From Ostreococcus lucimarinus (taxonomy: Eukaryota): a DNA stretch of 64,000 nucleotides. The stretch lies in the NCBI GenBank assembly GCA_000092065.1, contig CP000581.1; one strand, 5' to 3'. Shown in pieces: positions 39,445 to 46,885 of the stretch. Below the pieces are notes generated by a model. It was not told the origin of the DNA. It made no database searches and saw only the letters and a list, made by a program, of their open reading frames with translations. The number at the start of each line of letters is the position of its first letter. Position 1 is the stretch's first letter. The position numbers were made by a program, and so were the translations under genes.

Positions 39445-40296
39445 CTAAGCTGCTATCGACGCGAACGACGCGAAAACCGTCGCGGCGAACAACGCGACTC
39501 GCGCGCTCGCGAGGGCGGCGCCGCCCGTGCACTTACCCGGCGACGGCTCGAAAATCGCCGTGCCGTTTTCCCCGTTCGGTTTCCTGCCGTAAATATAATT
39601 CCCATTCGCTTTCCCTTCGGCGTCGTTGTAGTACGTGCCGTTGCCGTCGTACGAGCCGCCCGTGTAAAACGTCGCCGGCGTGTTTCCGCCGAAATCTTGC
39701 TCCTCGTACTCCAAACCACAGTTTATGAACGCTGAGTTCGCCTCCCCGCACGATTTTTTCACCGCGATGCACGTCGCCGTGCACGTGGGCATGAACCGCG
39801 TCTCGTCCACGTTGCACCGACTAAAGTATTCGAAACAAAACCATCGTCGCAGCGTCGCTCGACACCCCGCCGTCGGTTCGAACGTCAGCTGTCGAATCAA
39901 ATTCAAGTACTGCTTTCGCAGCGCTTGCTCCATCAGATCCACGCTCGCTTGATCGCTCGTCCCCGCCGCCAGCGTCGCCGCGCTCCCTCGTTTACAAAAC
40001 GTGTACTGCACGCGTTCGTCGCAAAACTCGAGCGTCACCGCGTCGCTCGACACGCACCCGTGTCGGCACTTGAAGTACTCCGCGGAGTCCGTGGAGCCGC
40101 CGATCGCGGAGGCGTCGGCGAAGAAGTCGGCGCTGACGTCGGTGTTGATGTTGGAGACGTCGAACGACAGGTACGGATGCGGCGACGACGCGCTCGTCGC
40201 GTCCGCGCGCGCGAGGCGAGCGAACGCCGCGCACGAAGCGATGAGCGACGCGACGACGCGCGCGCGGGCGCGAGGACGAGGACCCGCGCGCGACAT
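39445..40296 (-). CDS. Cysteine-rich (12 Cys) predicted secreted/GPI-anchored protein, paralog B (convergent with paralog A)
   Basis: ATG at 40296 (MSRAGPRPRARARVVASLIASCAAFARLARA, signal-like). Same Cys spacing as paralog A, e.g. CVSSDAVTLEFC vs CVSLDAGELGFC and EPTAGCRATLRRWFCFEYFSRC vs EPTCLVVMAEYMCAVAFPRC. C-terminal hydrophobic ALFAATVFASFASIAA. Confidence 0.5.
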   Translation of the reverse strand: MSRAGPRPRARARVVASLIASCAAFARLARADATSASSPHPYLSFDVSNINTDVSADFFADASAIGGSTDSAEYFKCRHGCVSSDAVTLEFCDERVQYTFCKRGSAATLAAGTSDQASVDLMEQALRKQYLNLIRQLTFEPTAGCRATLRRWFCFEYFSRCNVDETRFMPTCTATCIAVKKSCGEANSAFINCGLEYEEQDFGGNTPATFYTGGSYDGNGTYYNDAEGKANGNYIYGRKPNGENGTAIFEPSPGKCTGGAALASARVALFAATVFASFASIAA

Positions 40297-40415
40297 CGTC
40301 GAGACGACGGACGCGAAGTGACGCGCGCGCGTCGAGCGCCGCGAGGGGAGCGTAGCTATTTCGTCGTCTGATGTTTCAACGGATTTCAACGCCGAGGAGC
40401 GAAGGGGCGTCGCGG

Positions 40416-41506
40416 TCAGGCGCGTCGCGCGGCGTCGCGAAGGCCGCCCTGCTTGGCGAGCATTTTGTCTTTGATGGCGCGGACGCTCTTGTCGCGGCCG
40501 GACCATAAATCGTCGTCGTCGCCCTTTCGCGCCGCGCTCGTGTCTTCCGCGGCCAAGTGCGTCCATTTGGTTTGGCCGGCGCGACCGAATTTTCCCTTGC
40601 GAACTTGCATGGCGGCGGGGAGGATGGACTTGTCGAACTTTTCCTCCGCCGTCGGGGCGGAGAAGTCGCGCTTGTAAATTTCATCTGGGCCCGCGGTGCC
40701 GAACGCGTCGTCGGCCGATTCTTGGAAGAACGCGCCCTTGTGGTAATACTTCTGCATGAACGCCATCTTGGGTTTTTCCTTTTCCTGCTCCGCGCGTTTC
40801 GCGAGGCGTTTGGCGTGATACAAGTCGCGCTCTTCCTCGGTCATCGAGCGGATGCGTTCTTGCTCTTCGCGTTCGCGGAAAATCAATTCGCGCTGGATCC
40901 TATCCGTTTTCAAACGCTCGAGCTCGCGGGACTTCCACGCGTCGAATTCGAGGGCATCGTCGAGCTCGTCGTCGGTGTCCACGTCGCTCGGTTCCATCTC
41001 GTCCATCGCCGCCGCGAGAGCCTCTTCGCGCTTGACTTCGACTTCGACCAACTTTTTGCTCTCCGCCTTCTTCGCCGCCTTGGCCGCCTCCGTCTTCGCC
41101 GCCTCGGCGTCGAGTTCGGCCAGCATCTTATCCCGCTCCTCGATCGTGTCTCGCTCAATCTTACGCACGAACACGGGCTTGAACATTTTCCGCGCGCCGC
41201 CGCCGCCGGAATCGCTCGCGTCGCTATCCGTCTCGTATTCGCTATCCGTTTCGTACGACGACGACGACGCCCCACCGTTCCCCGGTTCGCCCGTCGCCAA
41301 CGCACCGTCGCGTCGCGCTACCGCAACCGCGCCGCCCGCGCCGCCGTCCTCCGCATCCTCCTCGTCGTCGTCCTCCGCGCGTTCCGTCTCTCGAGCCGCC
41401 GCGCGCGCTCGAATCGCCGCCCGTCTCGCGTCTCGCGCCTCCTCGTCCTCGCTCTCCGACGAGCTCGCGTCGCTCGCGCTCGACGACGCGTTCCCTCGCG
41501 CGCGTC

Positions 41507-41544
<38 letters not shown>

Positions 41545-41807
41545 TCGCGTTCCGTTCGCGTCCGCGCGAACCCGAGCGCGTCCTCGTCCTCTTCCTCGCT
41601 CTCGCTCTCGCGCGTCGCGCGTCCGTCGTCGACGCCCGCGCGGTGTCTCCGCACCACCGTCGTCGCGCGTCGCATCGCGTCCTCGCGCGCGCCGCTTCGC
41701 GCCGCTTCCTCGCGCGCGCGATCGACCGCGAAGGCGTTGGCGGCCGCCCTCAATTTCGACGCCCGCTCGTCGTCCATCGCCGCGCGCGCGGCGCCCGCGC
41801 GCCCCAT
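40416..41807 (-). CDS. MFAP1: Microfibrillar-associated protein 1 (MFAP1) homolog, spliceosomal B-complex protein
   Basis: FKPVFVRKIERDTIEERDK...DELDDALEFDAWKSRELERLKTDR...MQKYYHKGAFFQ...YKRDFSAPTAEEKFDKSILPAAMQVRKGKFGRAGQTKWTHL aligns along the MFAP1 C-terminal domain. Start taken at MGRAG (41807). The ORF-track start at 41903 would sit 38 bp from the divergent CA start. Confidence 0.8.
41508..41546. repeat. (GTC)n/(ACG)n trinucleotide repeat encoding poly-Thr inside MFAP1
   Basis: cgtcgtcgtcgtcgtcgtcgtcgtcgtcgtcgtcgtc on the plus strand, translated TTTTTTTTTTTT on the minus strand. Confidence 0.85.
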
Positions 41808-41940
41808 TTTCGCGCGCGTTTCTTCGCGTCCGTCTCGCGCGCGCGTTTCTTCGCGACGTCGGCGCGCGCGCGTGTGCCGACGCGGCGCGTCGCGCGCGCG
41901 CACCCCTCGGCGCGCACACGCCGACGCGCGGCGTCGCGCG

Positions 41941-42735
41941 ATGCCGTCCGACGCGATCCGCGACTTGATCGCGGGCTACCGCGATTTTCGCGCCGCGCAC
42001 TTCGACGCGCGCCGGGACGCGCGCGCGCGCGACGGCGGCGCGAGCGGCGCGCGATGCGTGCGGTCGACGCTTCGCGAGCTGTCCGAGCGCGGACAAAACC
42101 CGCGCGCGCTCGTCGTGGCGTGCTGCGACAGCCGCGCGGACCCGGCGATCGTGTTCGACACCGCGCCCGGGGACGTGTTCGTGGTGCGGAACGTCGCGAA
42201 CCTGGTGCCGCCGTACACGGGGGTCGATTTCGGGCACCACGGGACGTGCGCGGCGGTGGAGTACAGCGTCGCGCACCTGGAGGTGCCGCTCATCGTCGTC
42301 ATGGGACACACGCAGTGCGGCGGCGCCGCGGCGGGACTGCGAAAGTACGGTGGCGACCCGAACGGCGATCCCGCGGTGTTCGCGGCGAACGAGGCGACCG
42401 GGGAGGGGTTCATCGGATCGTGGGTCGCGCTCACGAAGACGAGCGTGCGCGAGGTGTGCGAAAAGTACGACCCGGACATTCGCGCGCGAATGCTCGAGCA
42501 CGAGTTGGTGCGAAACAGCGTGAGGAATTTAGCGACGTTTCCGTTCGTGCGGGAGCGAATGGATAAGGGGACGCTGGAGGTGATCGGCGCGGTGTTCAAC
42601 GTCTTCGACGGGACGTTGACAATTTTAGACGCCGAGACGGGCGAGTTCGTCGCGCCGGATATATTCGACGACGACGCCCGCGCGTCGGGCGGCGACGACG
42701 TCGCACCGGATGCGAAGCGCGCGAAAGCGGCGTGA
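41941..42735 (+). CDS. Beta-class carbonic anhydrase
   Basis: VVACCDSRADPAIVFDTAPGDVFVVRNVANLV and VMGHTQCGGAAAG are the beta-CA zinc-ligand motifs (C-D-R ... H..C). ATG at 41941, in frame within ORF 40852..42735. Confidence 0.85.
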   Translation: MPSDAIRDLIAGYRDFRAAHFDARRDARARDGGASGARCVRSTLRELSERGQNPRALVVACCDSRADPAIVFDTAPGDVFVVRNVANLVPPYTGVDFGHHGTCAAVEYSVAHLEVPLIVVMGHTQCGGAAAGLRKYGGDPNGDPAVFAANEATGEGFIGSWVALTKTSVREVCEKYDPDIRARMLEHELVRNSVRNLATFPFVRERMDKGTLEVIGAVFNVFDGTLTILDAETGEFVAPDIFDDDARASGGDDVAPDAKRAKAA

Positions 42736-42882
42736 CGTGGCGTCCGTCGTCGCGCGCGCGCGCGAGCCGCTGTAAATTACGAATCATTCATTCGCGCGTT
42801 CGCTCGCGTTCGCCGCGCGTCCCGCTCGACCCCTCTCGCCGCACACCGCGCCCCGCGCGCGCGCCCGGGGGCGCCGTTCGCC

Positions 42883-44220
42883 ATGCCGCACGCGCGCGCG
42901 CATCGCGCGCGCGCGTCCGCGTCCGTTCGCGCGTCCTCGCGCGGCGCGCGCTCGACGTCGTCGTCCCGCCGCCGCGCGCCGCGTCGAAAAAGCGCACTTT
43001 TCGCCACGAGTGGATCCGCCGACGCCCGACCGTGGGTCGACGACGTCGAGCGCGCGATCCCCGCGCTGTCGAACGTGCGGTTCGTGATGTGCGCGCCGCA
43101 AGGCCCCGCGAACGTGGGCGCGGCGGCGCGCGTGATGCAAAATTTTGGCATCTACGACTTGGCGCTCGTGGACGTCGGGCCGTTCGTGCTGACGACGACG
43201 ACGCGGAGCGGCGACGCGACGCGAGAAATCTCGGACGAGGCGAGCGAAGGCGAGGGACGCGCGCCCGAACGGGCGAGCGAAGTTCTGGGAAGCGAGGCGC
43301 GGACGACGCCGCTTTGCGAGGAGGCGATGCGGTACGCGTGCGCGGCGGATTGGTTGTTGGCGGACGCCGAGCGATGCGACGACGCGGAGGAGGCGCTGCG
43401 AGGGTGCTCGTTCGTGTTGGCGACGACGGCGAGACCGAGGAGCGGAACACCGCTGATGACGGCGAGGGAGGCGGCGGAGAGAGTGCGCGAGGAGGCGAAA
43501 CGAGGGAAAGTCGCGGTGCTGTTCGGGAACGAGCGCACGGGGTTGACGAACGACGAGTTGAGTTGGGCGCACGCCGCGGTGGCCATTCCGACGGCGGGGG
43601 CGGGTAAGATTTGCCGCAAGAGTTTAAAATATACCGGCGGCACCGGTCCGACGAGCTTAAACTTATCGCACGCGGTCGGCATATTAGCGTACGAAATATT
43701 CATGGCGTGCGGCGGCGAAGCGACGAACGGCGAAATTTTACCGGAGAAGGCAAAGCTCCTCACCGTGGACGAAAAGGTGACGCTGCGAAACGAAATCGTC
43801 GCCGCGCGACGAACGCTCGACGTGTTGCGATCGGACGTCGGCGCATCCACGTCGAGCGCGAGCGCTGACGACGGCGATGGCGAAGACGGCGACGACGAAG
43901 ACGACGAGGAAATCATCGCGCGAGAGGAACGCGCCTTTGAGCGCATCCTCGCGGCGGCGCCCATGCACCGCAGCGACGCCGCCGCGCTCTTCCAGCTTTC
44001 GCGCCGCGTCACCGCCATGGCCAAAGGCGCCGTCGTCGCCCCTCGCGACGGAGAGAATCTGCTCGACGAGACCGTCGTGCAGTGCGTGAGATCCCTCGTC
44101 GACGAAAATCAAGCCGTGACGATTAAATCCGCGCGAAACCGTCTTCGCGCGCGTCTCGGCGTCAGTCTGACCAACCGCGAGATCGCGCGCGCCATCGCGC
44201 GCGCCGCGAGCGACTTGTGA
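42883..44220 (+). CDS. SpoU-class RNA 2'-O-methyltransferase, TrmJ-like (bacterial type), with N-terminal presequence and acidic C-terminal extension
   Basis: VRFVMCAPQGPANVGAAARVMQNFGIYDLALVDV (compare TrmJ IRIVLVEPQHPGNIGAVARAMKNMG). VAVLFGNERTGLTNDEL. SLNLSHAVGILAYEI (SPOUT knot motifs). R/S/A-rich N-terminus. Confidence 0.7.
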   Translation: MPHARAHRARASASVRASSRGARSTSSSRRRAPRRKSALFATSGSADARPWVDDVERAIPALSNVRFVMCAPQGPANVGAAARVMQNFGIYDLALVDVGPFVLTTTTRSGDATREISDEASEGEGRAPERASEVLGSEARTTPLCEEAMRYACAADWLLADAERCDDAEEALRGCSFVLATTARPRSGTPLMTAREAAERVREEAKRGKVAVLFGNERTGLTNDELSWAHAAVAIPTAGAGKICRKSLKYTGGTGPTSLNLSHAVGILAYEIFMACGGEATNGEILPEKAKLLTVDEKVTLRNEIVAARRTLDVLRSDVGASTSSASADDGDGEDGDDEDDEEIIAREERAFERILAAAPMHRSDAAALFQLSRRVTAMAKGAVVAPRDGENLLDETVVQCVRSLVDENQAVTIKSARNRLRARLGVSLTNREIARAIARAASDL

Positions 44221-44268
44221 AACGAGCCAATCCAGCGTCTCCGCCGTCTGTTCGACTCCCGCGTCGCC

Positions 44269-45486
44269 GTGGACGCCATCGACGTCTCGCGCTTCGCCTC
44301 GCGCCGCTTCGCGTCCCCACTCGCCGCCGCGCGCGCCATGGCCCCCACCGTCATCCTCGACCTCGACGGCACGCTGATCAACACCGAGCAGCTCGTCGAT
44401 GAGATTTGCACCGCCGTCGTCCTCGAGATCGCGCCGCGCCTGTCCCCGTCCGTCGTCCACGACGCCCTCGAGCGCGTGCGAGGGATGCGTCCGCTCGAAG
44501 CGTCGCGCGCGCTGTGCGCCTCGCTCGAGCTCTCGACGCTCGAGCGCGTCACCGGGGAGGCCCTGCTCGAGCGCACGTCACCGCTGCTCGACGCCAGATG
44601 GCGGGAGGTCAGGCTCATGCCGGGCGCGCGGCGTTTGTTGGAACATCTGCGCGCGCGCGGCGTCCCGTTCGGCTTGGCGACGAGCACGCCGGCGACGTAT
44701 TTAAAGGAGAAGATGCGCGGACACGAGGACGTGCTGGCGATGATGGATTGCGTCGTTACGGGATGCATGGTGAATCGAGGGAAACCCGATCCGGAGATAT
44801 TCGTCGCCGCGAGCGCGAAATTGGGCGCGGAGGCGAGCGCGTGCGTGGTTTTGGAGGATACGCCGGTGGGATGCGAAGCGGCGCGGCGTGCGGGGTGTAA
44901 AACGATTGCGATTCCATCGATACGCGATCGGAAGTGCTTCGAAGCGTGGAGCGATGTGGTTCTGCACTCGTTGTACGACTTGGAGTTGGAAAAGTTTGGT
45001 CTGCCGGCGTTCGACGACTGGTTGCCGGTCGGCGACGGGAGCGCGGATCGCGTGTTGCCGGTGCCGACGATCGAGATGCGAGGGCCGGTGGTGAAGGGAT
45101 TCGGTCGGGGATCAACGCAGCTCGGGATTCCGACGGCGAACTTGGACATTGTGCCGTTGAAGCATCAAGTCGACTCGCTCGCGCCGGGCATTTATCTAGG
45201 ATTCGCGTCGATTCGAGGCGAGACGCACAAGATGGTGATGAGCATAGGATGGAATCCGTACTTTGACAACTCGAAGAAGACGATCGAGCCGTGGCTCCTG
45301 CATGAATTCGAAAGTGACTTTTACGGAGAAGAGCTCAGTCTCGTTGTCGTGGGGTACATTCGCCCTGAGGCTGATTTCACGACGCTAGAGGCGCTCGTTG
45401 AGCGCATTCATCGCGACGCTGAAGTCGCTCGCGTCGTGCTCGAACGGGAGCCTTTCGTGGGGAAGCGGCAGATGTTGATGCCTTGA
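44269..45486 (+). CDS. Bifunctional FMN hydrolase (HAD) / riboflavin kinase
   Basis: HAD motif I VILDLDGTLINTE. Riboflavin-kinase domain GPVVKGFGRGSTQLGIPTANL...GIYLGFASIRGETHKMVMSIGWNPYFDN...EPWLLHEFESDFYGEELSLVVVGYIRPE. ATG may be at ~44338 (MAPTVILDLDG). Confidence 0.8.
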   Translation: MDAIDVSRFASRRFASPLAAARAMAPTVILDLDGTLINTEQLVDEICTAVVLEIAPRLSPSVVHDALERVRGMRPLEASRALCASLELSTLERVTGEALLERTSPLLDARWREVRLMPGARRLLEHLRARGVPFGLATSTPATYLKEKMRGHEDVLAMMDCVVTGCMVNRGKPDPEIFVAASAKLGAEASACVVLEDTPVGCEAARRAGCKTIAIPSIRDRKCFEAWSDVVLHSLYDLELEKFGLPAFDDWLPVGDGSADRVLPVPTIEMRGPVVKGFGRGSTQLGIPTANLDIVPLKHQVDSLAPGIYLGFASIRGETHKMVMSIGWNPYFDNSKKTIEPWLLHEFESDFYGEELSLVVVGYIRPEADFTTLEALVERIHRDAEVARVVLEREPFVGKRQMLMP

Positions 45487-45508
45487 TTTCATTGTACAGA
45501 TACTAATG

Positions 45509-45513
45509 TTACA
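45509..45513 (-). promoter_or_regulatory. TGTAA (reverse strand) 6 nt after the stop of the 45519..46751 gene
   Basis: Plus-strand atgttacag gives minus-strand ctgtaacat. It lies in the 33-bp spacer between convergent stop codons 45486 and 45519. Confidence 0.3.
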
Positions 45514-45518
45514 GATAG

Positions 45519-46751
45519 CTAGGTTTGCGTTTGTGTCCCCCGCGCTTTGACTTGTGCCACGGATTTGCGCACGAAATGCAACGCGCTCGAAGCGAAGTCG
45601 ATGGCGCGTTCGTGCGCGTGCATGCCTCCGCCCTCGTCTAGCGGCTTCGGTGCACGCGCCGCGCGCAATTGCGCTGAAATAGCGGCGGCGTGCTCTGCGT
45701 CGTGTGCGTCCGCGGCCGCCTTCGCGCGCTTGTACTCGACGTTATTGGTGCTTGCCTCGAGTGGTTCGCGCAGAGACGGCAACACGCTCGCGTCGTAATC
45801 CTTCGCTCCGCCTTCCAAAAACAATCGATACGCCTCACCGTCGCGACTCTGCACTTCGAGCGCGAGCAGCGGTATTCCATACATTCCACCCCACTTGCGC
45901 GCGCCCAAGCTGACGACGCCGCGCTTGCGCGTGCCTCGTAATTCAAACGCGACGTGCGCCCATTTCGAGTCCACGCTCACGGGAAGCGTGACGGCGCCAA
46001 AAACTCTAGAAGTCGTGCGCTTAAACAGCGCGAGACCTCCACCTGAAGTGACGATAACGCGCGATTCTCCCAAAGTCACCGGTCCACCGAGCAGCTCGCG
46101 CACGCCCGAGTGCGCTTCGAGCCTGCGCATCGCGAGCGTCACCGCGTAATCGACGTCCAAACGCCACCGTTGCCGCAACGCGAACGCCCCGACGCCCGCG
46201 AGTAACATCGACCCACCGAGCATCGACGGATCGCCAAACGCCACGTCAAACACCGCACTATCGCACGGCACGCCCATGACATCGCTCTTAAACGCCCGCG
46301 CCGCGCGCCACGTCGCCGTCCCGCACGCCGCCGCGCTCGCCGCCTCCAAACTCCGCCAATGCCTCGCGATCGCGCTCAGCGCCCGCTGTTCCACCGCTCG
46401 CTTCACGACGCCGGGATTCATCGACGACGCCGTCCACAAATACTCGCTCGCCCGTTTCCCGAGCACCCGATCCGTGGCGTCGCGCGCTCGTCGAGTCGCG
46501 TTCGCGCTCGCGCGCTCCGCCGCCGCGCGCGCCGATTCCATCGTTTTCGACGCCGCCTCCCGCGCGCGCCCGCGCGCGTCGCTCAAAACCTTCCCGTACG
46601 TCGCGGCGTCGCCCGAGGCGTACGCGCGCGACTCCCCGCGCGCGTGCGCCCCGCGCGCGCGCGCAGCTGTCAAAAGATTTGAAATCATCGCCGAGCTCTC
46701 TCGCGCGCGCGTCGCCCGCGTCGCCGCGGCGCGCGCGATGTCGGCGCGCAT
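45519..46751 (-). CDS. Hypothetical protein (no recognisable domain); start uncertain (possibly the Met at ~46690)
   Basis: 410-aa ORF with a mixed-composition C-terminal half (GVPCDSAVFDVAFGDPSMLGGSMLLAGVGAFALRQRWRLDVDYAVTLAMRRLEAHSGVREL...) that looks protein-like. The N-terminus is R/A-rich. Confidence 0.4.
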   Translation of the reverse strand: MRADIARAAATRATRARESSAMISNLLTAARARGAHARGESRAYASGDAATYGKVLSDARGRAREAASKTMESARAAAERASANATRRARDATDRVLGKRASEYLWTASSMNPGVVKRAVEQRALSAIARHWRSLEAASAAACGTATWRAARAFKSDVMGVPCDSAVFDVAFGDPSMLGGSMLLAGVGAFALRQRWRLDVDYAVTLAMRRLEAHSGVRELLGGPVTLGESRVIVTSGGGLALFKRTTSRVFGAVTLPVSVDSKWAHVAFELRGTRKRGVVSLGARKWGGMYGIPLLALEVQSRDGEAYRLFLEGGAKDYDASVLPSLREPLEASTNNVEYKRAKAAADAHDAEHAAAISAQLRAARAPKPLDEGGGMHAHERAIDFASSALHFVRKSVAQVKARGTQTQT

Positions 46752-46885
46752 CGCGCGTTTTCGCGCCCTCGCGCGGTTCGCCCACGCGTCGCGCGCCCCG
46801 CGCGCCGTGCTGTGCGGCGCTGCGCGATCGTCATCGCGCGGTCGATCGCCATTCGGCCGCGCGCGGCGCCGCCCTCGCGCGCGCG

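Noticed and set aside
40557-42566. 669-aa plus-strand ORF overlapping MFAP1 (antisense), plus minus-strand ORFs 41242..42501 and 41976..42599 opposite the carbonic anhydrase
   Set aside because: Low-complexity R/A/G translations. The opposite strand carries clear MFAP1 and beta-CA homology.
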